Origin: an uncultured Acidobacteriaceae bacterium
GTDB taxonomy: Bacteria > Acidobacteriota > Terriglobia > Terriglobales > Acidobacteriaceae
Reading direction: 5' to 3'
DNA: 64,000 bases
Assembly (NCBI GenBank): GCA_963772045.1
Contig: CAVYWC010000007.1
Coordinates: 438,023-502,022 of the forward strand
Position numbers and translations under genes: made by a program. The notes under the pieces are model-generated. The model was not told the origin of the DNA, did not search any database, and saw nothing but the letters and a program-made list of their open reading frames with translations. How positions within the stretch are numbered: the stretch's first letter is position 1; the number at the start of each line of letters is the position of its first letter. Of the stretch, positions 26,120 through 34,701 are shown in pieces.

Positions 26120-26368
26120 TCAGCACTCATCGACTTTCCAATAGCCTTCGGGATGGAAGCCCATCTGGAGCAGGCGATTCTTGGGATCGTGCTTCTTGCC
26201 GCAGCCGGGGCAAGTGAGATAGCGGCTCCACCCCGTTCCCTGATGATCGTAATCTTCCCCGACGGCGAATGTCGTTCCGCAACTGCACGGAACGAGGAAC
26301 ATGCGGAAAGCTTTGGTGGGTGTTTCCCCTGCAGCCTTCCCTTTTGTCGATCTGGCTTGCTTCTTCAC
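26120..26368 (-). CDS. Small zinc-ribbon-like protein translationally coupled to typA
   Basis: The GTG start overlaps the typA stop (GTGA). Two Cys pairs are present: CSCG...CPGCG. An alternative ATG lies at 26302. Confidence 0.5.
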   Translation of the reverse strand: MKKQARSTKGKAAGETPTKAFRMFLVPCSCGTTFAVGEDYDHQGTGWSRYLTCPGCGKKHDPKNRLLQMGFHPEGYWKVDEC

Positions 26369-28188
26369 GACTCTTCGATCACGGCCATCGCGCTCTTCTT
26401 GCGCTTATTGGCCTGCAAGGTCTTCTTCCGCAGACGAAGTGATTTCGGCGTGACTTCCACGAACTCGTCATCGGCAATGAATTCGATCGCCTGTTCGAGA
26501 TTCAGGTTCCGGAACGGCACCAGGCGGATGGCCTCATCGGCTGTCGATGCCCGCATATTCGTGAGCTTTTTCTCACGTACCGCATTGACATCGAGATCAT
26601 TGTCCTTTGCGTTTTCGCCGATGATCATGCCCTCGTAGAGTTCGACTCCCGGGCCGACGAAAAGCTCTCCTCGCTCCTGCAATCCCCATAACGCGTATGC
26701 CGTGGATGTGCCCGGACGATCGGCGATTAAGGCTCCGGTCAGCCGGTGCGGAATCTGCCCTTGCCACTCCATATATCCATCGAACAGGGAATTCATCACG
26801 ATGGTTCCGCGCGTATCGGTGAGCAACTGGCTGCGCAATCCGATTAGACCACGGCTGGGCACGCGGAACTCGATGCGCACGCGACCGTAGCCGTGATTGT
26901 GCATGTTGATGACTTCGCCCTTGCGCGAGCCGAGTTGCTCCATGACTACGCCAACAAATGCTTCAGGAACGTCAATGGTGACGTGCTCCACTGGCTCCAT
27001 CAGCTTGCCATCGATCCGTTTGGTGACGATCTCAGGCTTGCCCACCATGAGTTCGTAACCTTCGCGCCGCATCATCTCGATGAGGATGGAGAGTTGCAAT
27101 TCGCCCCGACCCAACACTTTGAACGAGTCCGTCGATCCCGTGTCTTCCACGCGCACGGAAACGTTTGTCAATAGTTCTTTTTCGAGACGCTCACGTAAAT
27201 TGCGTGATGTAACGTACGTCCCGTCCATGCCCGCGAACGGCGAGGTGTTGACGGTGAACAGCATCGCAATCGTCGGCTCATCGATTGCGATGTGCGGCAA
27301 GGGCGCGGGATTCTCTGCGTCGGTGATGGTTTCGCCAATCGTGATGCCCTCGACGCCGGCAACCGCAACAATATCGCCGAGCTGGGTTTCCGTGATGTCG
27401 GTGCGTTTCAGTCCGGCGAACGAGAATAATTTCGTGATCTTCGTCTTGTGCAGCGAGCCATCGAGCTTCGCGATCCCGACTTCTTCGCCGGTATACATCT
27501 TTCCATTGAAGACGCGCGCGATCGCCAGCCGTCCGAGATAGTCGCTGTAGTCGAGATTGGCCACCAGAATCTGCAGTGGGCCCACAGCATCGCCCTTCGG
27601 CGGAGGAATCGTTTTCAGGATCGCGTCGAACAACGGCCGCAGATTCTCGCCCGCGACTTTGATATCCGTCGATGCCGTGCCCGTCTTCGCATTCGTGTAG
27701 AGCACCGGAAAGTCGAGTTGCTCTTCTTTCGCATCCAGGTCGATAAATAGATCGTAAATTTCGTTGAGAACTTCCTGCGGGCGAGCGTCGGAGCGGTCAA
27801 TCTTATTGATGACAACAATCGGAGGCAGCTTGGCTTCGAGCGCCTTGCCCAGCACGTAGCGCGTTTGCGGCAGTGGGCCCTCGCTGGCATCGACCAGCAG
27901 CATGACGCCGTCGACCATCTTGAGTGCGCGCTCGACTTCGCCGCCAAAATCACTATGGCCAGGGGTGTCGACGATGTTGATCTTCACATCGTGATAGAAG
28001 ATTGCCGTGTTCTTGGCCAGAATGGTGATGCCGCGCTCGCGTTCCAGTTCATTGGAATCCATGACCCGGTCCACGTGATGTTCGTTAGCCCGGAAGGTGC
28101 CACTCTGCTGGAGCATGGCATCCACCAGCGTGGTCTTGCCGTGGTCAACGTGCGCGATGATGGCGATGTTGCGAATAGTAGAAGTCAA
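26365..28188 (-). CDS. typA: Translational GTPase TypA/BipA
   Basis: G motifs [14 protein letters not shown] and NKID. EF-G-like domain order without domain IV. Length 607 aa with a typical C-terminus. Confidence 0.95.
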   Translation of the reverse strand: MTSTIRNIAIIAHVDHGKTTLVDAMLQQSGTFRANEHHVDRVMDSNELERERGITILAKNTAIFYHDVKINIVDTPGHSDFGGEVERALKMVDGVMLLVDASEGPLPQTRYVLGKALEAKLPPIVVINKIDRSDARPQEVLNEIYDLFIDLDAKEEQLDFPVLYTNAKTGTASTDIKVAGENLRPLFDAILKTIPPPKGDAVGPLQILVANLDYSDYLGRLAIARVFNGKMYTGEEVGIAKLDGSLHKTKITKLFSFAGLKRTDITETQLGDIVAVAGVEGITIGETITDAENPAPLPHIAIDEPTIAMLFTVNTSPFAGMDGTYVTSRNLRERLEKELLTNVSVRVEDTGSTDSFKVLGRGELQLSILIEMMRREGYELMVGKPEIVTKRIDGKLMEPVEHVTIDVPEAFVGVVMEQLGSRKGEVINMHNHGYGRVRIEFRVPSRGLIGLRSQLLTDTRGTIVMNSLFDGYMEWQGQIPHRLTGALIADRPGTSTAYALWGLQERGELFVGPGVELYEGMIIGENAKDNDLDVNAVREKKLTNMRASTADEAIRLVPFRNLNLEQAIEFIADDEFVEVTPKSLRLRKKTLQANKRKKSAMAVIEES

Positions 28189-28284
28189 AAAGAAACTCTT
28201 TCTAGGATCTCAAGTACCAATTTACTATGCGAGAGCGAATTGCGCGAAGTTAGAAGAGCACGCGGCGGGGTCCTAAGTTCACTG

Positions 28285-28358
28285 AACCACTAAGGACGCG
28301 ACGGGCACGAAGTGCGAAACGCTGGTTTCCTTCGTGCGCCTTGGTGCCCTTTGTGGTT
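28285..28358. repeat. Long imperfect palindromic (REP-like) element
   Basis: AACCACTAAGGACGCGACGGGCACGAAG ... CTTCGTGCGCCTTGGTGCCCTTTGTGGTT. It lies in the divergent typA / DUF1080 intergenic region. A possible degenerate half-copy (TTCGTGTGCGCCTTG) lies at 23486-23500. Confidence 0.6.
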
Positions 28359-28432
28359 AATCAGGACGCTGCCGAGGAGACAACGGCGCTCCTCTCGCTG
28401 AATTCACTCGATTGCGATATGCTCTCAGCATT

Positions 28433-29236
28433 ATGAGCACCCGAATTTCGAAGATTTTAGGCTCCGTGGTTCTTCTCACAATCGGTCTTTCCGTGTCCGC
28501 CCAGCAAACGCCGGCACCTCCGGCCGGTTCGGCACCGAAACCGGAGGACACGGAAATCTGGCAGCCCGTCCCGAAAGTAGTGACGCCCGGTGTGACCGAA
28601 GCCGCTCCTCCCTCGGACGCGATTGTTCTATTCGACGGCAAGAACCTTGACGAGTGGGTATCGGCGCAGGATCATTCGCCCGCCAAATGGATCGTTGCCA
28701 ACGGCGTGGTCACTGTGAATAAAGCTGTCGGAAATATTGAGACGAAGAGAAGCTTCAAAAATTATCAGCTCCACATCGAGTGGAGAGTCCCCAAGAATGT
28801 CACTGGCTCGGGCCAGGCGCGCGGCAATAGCGGCGTGTTTCTCGCTTCCACCGGCGCCGAGGACGCCGGATACGAGTTGCAGGTGCTCGATGCCTACAAT
28901 AACTCGACCTACGTCAATGGCATGGCCGGAAGCATCTACAAGCAGAGCATTCCCTTGGTCAATCCCTGCCGCAAGCCGGGCGAGTGGGAAAGTTACGACG
29001 TGATCTGGACCGCTCCAATTTTTAACGCCGACAGCTCACTCAAAAGTCCGGCGTTCGTAACGGTCTTCTTTAATGGTGTGCTGGTGCAGAACCACTTTCA
29101 GTTGAAAGGTGAGACGCGCTATATCGGCCAGCCTTTCTACAAGAAGTTCGATTCCGCGCCGATCAAGCTGCAGGCCCATGGCGACCCCAGCCCGCCACTC
29201 AGCTTCCGCAATATCTGGGTTCGGGAGCTTCCATAG
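28433..29236 (+). CDS. Secreted DUF1080-family protein (3-keto-disaccharide hydrolase-like)
   Basis: Signal peptide followed by the motifs FDGKNLDEW, KSFKNYQLHIEW, GNSGVFL, YELQVLD and FRNIWVREL. An alternative start lies at 28412. Confidence 0.75.
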   Translation: MSTRISKILGSVVLLTIGLSVSAQQTPAPPAGSAPKPEDTEIWQPVPKVVTPGVTEAAPPSDAIVLFDGKNLDEWVSAQDHSPAKWIVANGVVTVNKAVGNIETKRSFKNYQLHIEWRVPKNVTGSGQARGNSGVFLASTGAEDAGYELQVLDAYNNSTYVNGMAGSIYKQSIPLVNPCRKPGEWESYDVIWTAPIFNADSSLKSPAFVTVFFNGVLVQNHFQLKGETRYIGQPFYKKFDSAPIKLQAHGDPSPPLSFRNIWVRELP

Positions 29237-29249
29237 GAGCGAAGGTCGA

Positions 29250-29720
29250 TTACGGTCGCGGAGCAAACGCGATCAGCGGCAATTGCTGGACCAACCTGCG
29301 ACGATCGGCTTCGGAGCCCGTGTACGTCCAGTCGAGCAAGCGGCCGAGTACCCAGCAAACAATGGGGAGCATGAATCGATTGCGTTGCTCGTAGCCGGCG
29401 ACAACGAGCATCGCTTCATCCCCGTCGAGAAAGCGAAAGCTCGCGGGAAAGTGTTCCGAGGCGATGTCGATTTCAGCCCAGCCAGTGGCCTGAATATTGA
29501 GCAGCCAGTCGGAGTTGCGGCCGAATCCACTCATCACTACCGATTCGCGACTTTCCTTGCGGTATTCCATGACCTCGAGCACGGTTTGATGCCCCCTGCC
29601 GGTTCGTCTCCCGATGTGTGTGAGCAGCAAGAAGCGATATCCGAACAGACGCCCTAAACGCCAGCGGTAGAGGTAAACCGGCGCGTGAAGAAGATGCCGG
29701 AGGATAGACTCATTTTTCAC
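29250..29720 (-). CDS. DUF385 / deazaflavin-dependent nitroreductase-family protein
   Basis: GTG start. The pattern LLLTHIGRRTGRGHQTVLEVMEY...VVMSGFGRNSDWLLNIQA...LPLIAFAPRP matches the family. Confidence 0.55.
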   Translation of the reverse strand: MKNESILRHLLHAPVYLYRWRLGRLFGYRFLLLTHIGRRTGRGHQTVLEVMEYRKESRESVVMSGFGRNSDWLLNIQATGWAEIDIASEHFPASFRFLDGDEAMLVVAGYEQRNRFMLPIVCWVLGRLLDWTYTGSEADRRRLVQQLPLIAFAPRP

Positions 29721-29760
29721 TTGCGGGTAAGGCTCTTAAAAGTTGGATGATCGAAAGGCA

Positions 29761-30594
29761 TCACGCGGCGGTGTCGACCAGTTCTTCGCCCACCGCGACA
29801 TTCCCCTCGGTTCTCATCCGCAATCGGTACCACAGTACAATCGCCACCAGTGAGAACATGAAGATAATCGTCGAGATGGCGTTGATTTCCGGGGTGATGC
29901 CGCGACGCAGACGCCCCCAGATTTCCAGCGGCAGGGTGTTGTCGCGGCCGATCAGGAAAAAGCTCACCGCAATTTCGTCCATCGATAAAGTGAATATCAG
30001 CAGTGCCGCACCGACGATCGGCAGCTTGAGATTCGGAACCGTCACCTGCCAGAACGTCTGCCAATAATTCGCGCCCAGGTCGAGCGAGGCTTCCTCTTGC
30101 GAACGATCGAGTTTCTGCAAGCCCGCAAAGATTTCCGTCGTTGCTACCGAGATTAAAGCCGTACCGTGGCCCAGCGTGATGGTGAGCAAGCTGAGTCTGA
30201 AGCTCATCAGGTCGAACAACATGAGCAGAGAAAGGCCGGTGATGATTCCTGGCAAGATTAACGGCAGGAGCACTAGTCGACGAAATAACGCTTTACCCGG
30301 GAACTGCGCGCGATCGAGCGCGAGCGCCGCAGGAACCCCGAAGGCAAGAGCAATCACAATGGCCGCCGAGGCAACTTCCAGGCTGTTGAAAACAGAATCC
30401 CAGATAGGCCCATCGCTGAACAGTATGCGATACCAATTCAAGGTGAGATGATGCGGCGGGAATCCTCCCACCCCTTCGCCGTTGAAGGAATACACGATCA
30501 GGACCAACATCGGTAAGTACAAGAATGCAAATATAACAACGGCATAGCTGAATAACCAGCGCGACCGCGGGGCGGAATCTGCGTCAACGCTCAT
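29761..30594 (-). CDS. ABC transporter permease (PotC-like)
   Basis: ATGA overlap with the upstream permease. Six TM helices and an EAA-type loop (LDRSQEEASLDLGANYWQTFWQVTVP). Confidence 0.85.
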   Translation of the reverse strand: MSVDADSAPRSRWLFSYAVVIFAFLYLPMLVLIVYSFNGEGVGGFPPHHLTLNWYRILFSDGPIWDSVFNSLEVASAAIVIALAFGVPAALALDRAQFPGKALFRRLVLLPLILPGIITGLSLLMLFDLMSFRLSLLTITLGHGTALISVATTEIFAGLQKLDRSQEEASLDLGANYWQTFWQVTVPNLKLPIVGAALLIFTLSMDEIAVSFFLIGRDNTLPLEIWGRLRRGITPEINAISTIIFMFSLVAIVLWYRLRMRTEGNVAVGEELVDTAA

Positions 30595-31439
30595 GAGAAG
30601 CTCCACTTCTTTTCCAATCGTTCGGAAAAGAAAAGCAGGCCGACAACCAGCAGTAGCATGCAGAACGAGATGGCCGCGCCCAGCGGCCAGTTATACGCCG
30701 CGCCGAAAAGGCTGACCACGACATTGGAGATCATGATGCCGCTCGGACCACCGAGCAGCAATGGAGCCAGGAAATCGCCCAGGCTTAATACGAAAGCGAA
30801 TGTCGCGCCGGCCAACACTCCCGGGATGGATAAGGGAAAGATTACCTTCCAGAATGTCTGCGCCGGAGTGGCGCCGAGATCGTCGGAAGCTTCGACCAGG
30901 TTGCGCGGGATGTGCTCGATCGCGGCGTAAATCGGAAGAAATGTGAATGGCGTGTAGATGTGAGTCAGGGCCAGCACCACGGCAAACGGACTGTAGAGAA
31001 GGAATTCCAGCGGATGGCTCGTCAGGTGCACATACTGCAAGAGCGTATTCAATACGCCGTCTGATCCCAGGATCGTCTTCCACGCATACGCTCTCACCAG
31101 ATAACTGACCCACAGAGGAATGATGACCATCTGGTAGAGCAGGTGCTTGCGCTTTCCGGCGTAAAAAGAAAGGAAGTACGCCAGCGGATATCCGAGCAAA
31201 AGAGAAAACAGCACGACGCGAGCCGCAATCCACATGGAGCGCAACAGCGTTTCCCAGTACACCGGTTTTTGCAGCAGTTCTTTATAGTTTTCGAGAGTCC
31301 ACGAATGCACAATAATCTGCAGGGACGAAACCGACCAGAAGCTGTAGCAGAACATCAGGCTATAGGGCAGTAGGAGAAACACCGCGACCCACGCCAGCGG
31401 CGGGACGGTCACGAGTGTCTTGTAGGCGCGGGAAAACAT
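30591..31439 (-). CDS. ABC transporter permease (PotB-like)
   Basis: Six TM helices and an EAA loop (LVEASDDLGATPAQTFWKVIFP). TGATG overlap with the ATPase gene. Confidence 0.85.
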   Translation of the reverse strand: MFSRAYKTLVTVPPLAWVAVFLLLPYSLMFCYSFWSVSSLQIIVHSWTLENYKELLQKPVYWETLLRSMWIAARVVLFSLLLGYPLAYFLSFYAGKRKHLLYQMVIIPLWVSYLVRAYAWKTILGSDGVLNTLLQYVHLTSHPLEFLLYSPFAVVLALTHIYTPFTFLPIYAAIEHIPRNLVEASDDLGATPAQTFWKVIFPLSIPGVLAGATFAFVLSLGDFLAPLLLGGPSGIMISNVVVSLFGAAYNWPLGAAISFCMLLLVVGLLFFSERLEKKWSFS

Positions 31440-32539
31440 CAGCTTCTTTCTGGAGATTTACGGACAAACACCGCGTCGCCGGGGGAAAACTCAAATTCCA
31501 CATCGCCGCCCGGCATTTTTCCGCTCGCCGTTCTCGCCAGCAGAACCAATCCGTCGCTGCACTGGATCCGAACCAATTCCGTTGCCCCATGAAATGCCTG
31601 GTTGATTACATGACCGCGCATTCGCACCGAATCCGGTGCTGCGGATAAGCCTGCCAGGCGCAATTGCTCCGGTCGCAACGAAAACAGAGCTGGCCCATCG
31701 TCGAGCGAGACCGGCCACGACAACTCTCCGCAGCGCGCCTTGCCGCCGCGTATGTCCACCTTCAGTAGGTTCGTATGTCCAATGAATTGCGCCACGTATG
31801 CCGTTGCCGGACGGCTATAGATCGCGCGAGGCGTTGCCACTTGCTCCAGTTCGCCGGACCGCAGCAGGGCGATGCGGTCCGACATGACCATCGCTTCTTC
31901 CTGATCGTGGGTGACGAACACAAATGTGATTCCGACTTCGCGCTGCAGCGATTTCAATTCAAGCTGCATCTGCCGGCGCAGGTTGGCATCGAGCGCGGAT
32001 AGAGGTTCATCGAGCAGAAGCAGCTTTGGACGATTCACCAGCGCCCGCGCCAGTGCGACGCGTTGCTGCTGTCCTCCGCTGATTTGCGAGGGCTTCTTCT
32101 TCGCGTGGTCGCTCATCTTTACTTTTTCGAGGGCGTCAGCGACGCGTCGTGTGATCTCAGCTGCAGGTCGCTTAGCCACGCGCAATCCATAGGCCACGTT
32201 TTCTTCGACCGCGAGATGAGGAAATAGCGCATAACTTTGGAAGACCGTGTTCACCGGACGGAGATAGGGCGGAAGAGAATCCAGCCGCTCGCCGCCCATC
32301 CAAAGCTCGCCTGACGACGCACTTTCGAATCCGGCAATGATCCGCAGCAGCGTGGTTTTTCCGGATCCGCTTTCCCCCAGAATGGTGAGAAATTCGGCTT
32401 CCGTGATTTCAAGAGAAATATCGCGCAGCACCGTGTTCGGCCCGAAGTTCTTGGCGACGTGGCGAATGCTGAGCAGCACGGGTTTTGTCGCGAGATCGTT
32501 GCTCACCGCTGCAACTACCGGAACAGTTGAGGAAATCAT
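31439..32539 (-). CDS. ABC transporter ATP-binding protein (PotA-like, with C-terminal TOBE-like domain)
   Basis: Walker A GESGSGKTT, signature LSGGQQQRVALARAL, Walker B LLLLDEPLSALD. The start is uncertain (ATG 32539 or TTG 32560). Confidence 0.9.
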   Translation of the reverse strand: MISSTVPVVAAVSNDLATKPVLLSIRHVAKNFGPNTVLRDISLEITEAEFLTILGESGSGKTTLLRIIAGFESASSGELWMGGERLDSLPPYLRPVNTVFQSYALFPHLAVEENVAYGLRVAKRPAAEITRRVADALEKVKMSDHAKKKPSQISGGQQQRVALARALVNRPKLLLLDEPLSALDANLRRQMQLELKSLQREVGITFVFVTHDQEEAMVMSDRIALLRSGELEQVATPRAIYSRPATAYVAQFIGHTNLLKVDIRGGKARCGELSWPVSLDDGPALFSLRPEQLRLAGLSAAPDSVRMRGHVINQAFHGATELVRIQCSDGLVLLARTASGKMPGGDVEFEFSPGDAVFVRKSPERS

Positions 32540-32567
32540 AAGAGCTTCTTGAAGCCGCAATGCACCA

Positions 32568-33635
32568 CTACTGCGCCGCCTTCACCTCGTTCCAGATCTC
32601 GTTGTACTTGGCGCGACGCGGCACGTTCTGCCAGAAATAAATATGCTTCTGATAATTGTCGACATCGTCCAGGTGAAATGTCTTCACTTCGTCCGCTGAC
32701 ATGAACTGCGCCGCTTCCGGATTCGCCGGAACATAATGCGTTTTGTCGGTCACTAGTTTCTGCGTCTTGGGCTCGACCATATACTCCAAGAACTTGTAGG
32801 CAAGATCTTTGTTTTCGCTTCCCGCTGTGATCATGAGGTGATCGATCCAGCCCGTCGTATTTTCTTTGGGAATGGTCTCGCCCACGGGAAAATTAACCTT
32901 CTTCAGATCTGCGGTGTTGAGCGGCCATCCCATGGCGATCACGATTTCGTGATTCTCAAACAGGTTGGTCAGTTCGCCGCCGGTCGACCAGATTTTGCGA
33001 ATGTTGGGTTTTAACTCCAGCAATTTCTTCTTCACCGCATCGAGTTGGTCGTCACTCAGGTTGTAGAGCTGCGATGGATCGGGTTTGTCGAATCCAAGGA
33101 CCTGCGCCGCCATGTAGACAGTCGACAGATCATCCCAGACCGAAACTTTGCCTTTGTATTTCGGATCCCAGAACACGCCCCAAGATTCCGGAGGCTGTTT
33201 GAATGCGGTCGTGTCGTAAATGATCGGATTCGGTCCCCACATGAAGGGCACGCCGTACACTTGGCCATTGACGCGCACCAGGGGCAGAGAAGTGAGTTGG
33301 GGAGAAAGTTGGCTGTAGCTGGGAATCTTGGATAGATCGAGAGGCGCCGCCAAGCCTGCCGTTGCGATCGATGTCGCCACATCGCTCGACGGTGAAATGA
33401 TGTCGTAATTTCCTGCGCTTCCTCCGCGCAGCTTGGCAACCAGTTCATCACTCGAGCCCATGTACGACGCGGAAACTTTGCAGTGATTCTGCTGTTCGAA
33501 GGCGTACACGAAGGAGGGATCAGCATAGCCCTCCCAAACCAGCAGGTTGAGAGCTGGAGTCTTTTTTGCGCACGATCCAGTCAACAACAGTAACGCCAGC
33601 GCTGTAGACAGCAGGCATACTCGCCGCCAATTCAT
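32568..33635 (-). CDS. Periplasmic polyamine-type solute-binding lipoprotein (PotD/PotF-like)
   Basis: Lipoprotein signal MNWRRVCLLSTALALLLLTGSC. PotD-family pattern (LLVWEGYADP..., WGPNPIIYD..., MGWPLN). Confidence 0.8.
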   Translation of the reverse strand: MNWRRVCLLSTALALLLLTGSCAKKTPALNLLVWEGYADPSFVYAFEQQNHCKVSASYMGSSDELVAKLRGGSAGNYDIISPSSDVATSIATAGLAAPLDLSKIPSYSQLSPQLTSLPLVRVNGQVYGVPFMWGPNPIIYDTTAFKQPPESWGVFWDPKYKGKVSVWDDLSTVYMAAQVLGFDKPDPSQLYNLSDDQLDAVKKKLLELKPNIRKIWSTGGELTNLFENHEIVIAMGWPLNTADLKKVNFPVGETIPKENTTGWIDHLMITAGSENKDLAYKFLEYMVEPKTQKLVTDKTHYVPANPEAAQFMSADEVKTFHLDDVDNYQKHIYFWQNVPRRAKYNEIWNEVKAAQ

Positions 33636-33690
33636 TCTTCCTCCAACGCGGGATCTACCAATTCGCAACCGTCATTAGTAAGTACTCAAC

Positions 33691-34491
33691 TCAGAACGTG
33701 GGTGGTGTATTCACCCATAACACGAATGTCTCTTTGCGGCCGGGATTTTTCCAACGGTGCGGCGTTGAACTATCGAAATAAAAACTGTCGCCGGGCCTGA
33801 GCCGGTATTGTTCGCCGTCCAGAGCAATGTCCAGTTCGCCGCGCAAAACATAAATGAATTCCTCTCCTTCATGCGTATAAGGCTCGCCGCTGCCTGCCTC
33901 GGGCTTGATTCGGAACAGATGCGGCTCCATGACGGTATTTCCCCAGGCCAGCAATTCCATCTGCACGCCTTCGCCGGCCCCCAGGACCTTACGCTGTGCG
34001 GGCCGCACGTGTCGGCTGCAAGTTCCGTTCGCCTCGAAAAAATCCAGGATGTTCGTCTTATAGAAGCGTGCCAGTTTGCGCAGCGTGCCCACGGATCCGC
34101 TCATCTGCGATCGTTCCAGCGCGCTGAGAAAGCCCACAGAAATTCCCACGGCGCGCGACACCTCTGCCAGGGAAAGTTTTCGCCCCACTCGCAGTTGCCG
34201 CAGGCGCGCCCCAATGGCTCCGGCATTTCCATCGCGCGCCGGATGGGTTTTGCCTTCGCGCCTGAGCAACTGCACAATGGCCGCGGCGTTGAGTCCTCGC
34301 ACCTTCCGCAGGAAGCGCGTCTGCTTTAATAATTTGAGATCTTCCGCCGTATATAGCCGGTACTTGCTCTCCGTCCGAAGTGGACGCGTCAGCCCAAGGC
34401 TCTCCCAGGACCGGATCACGGACGGCGATACGCCGATTTTTTTCGCTACGTCTCCGATCTTCAAGTAAGGTTCAGCTTTGGCTGCTTTCAT
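33691..34491 (-). CDS. Three-module transcriptional regulator: MerR-type HTH + XRE-type HTH + cupin sensor
   Basis: MerR-type module: YLKIGDVAKKIGVSPSVIRSWESLGL. XRE-type module: LRQLRVGRKLSLAEVSRAVGISVGFLSALERSQ. Cupin module: HTHEGEEFIYVLRGELDIALDGEQYRLRPGDSFYFDSSTPHRW. It is the first gene of the Pot-like operon. Confidence 0.8.
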   Translation of the reverse strand: MKAAKAEPYLKIGDVAKKIGVSPSVIRSWESLGLTRPLRTESKYRLYTAEDLKLLKQTRFLRKVRGLNAAAIVQLLRREGKTHPARDGNAGAIGARLRQLRVGRKLSLAEVSRAVGISVGFLSALERSQMSGSVGTLRKLARFYKTNILDFFEANGTCSRHVRPAQRKVLGAGEGVQMELLAWGNTVMEPHLFRIKPEAGSGEPYTHEGEEFIYVLRGELDIALDGEQYRLRPGDSFYFDSSTPHRWKNPGRKETFVLWVNTPPTF

Positions 34492-34557
34492 ACTTGTTCG
34501 CCGCTGACCGGAAAGTTCGATAGGAATTTCCGATTCGCGCGCCCTATTTTTTTATTC

Positions 34558-34607
34558 TTGACAGCCCCCGCCCCACTTCTCTAACCTTGCGGGATTATAG
34601 CAAGGTT
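34558..34607 (+). promoter_or_regulatory. Candidate promoter (TTGACA-N18-TAACCT) overlapped by the perfect inverted repeat AACCTTGC-N9-GCAAGGTT (candidate operator)
   Basis: Located in the 210-bp divergent region between the MerR/XRE/cupin regulator and the TBDR. The inverted repeat spans 34583-34607. The long spacer resembles MerR-type promoters. Confidence 0.35.
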
Positions 34608-34701
34608 GCGGGCGGATACAAGCAGTCGTTTTTCCAGGCTTCATACTCTCGGGCATTCTAGAGAATCATTCAAAAATCTCACGAGAACCCTTGGAGGTTC
34701 C

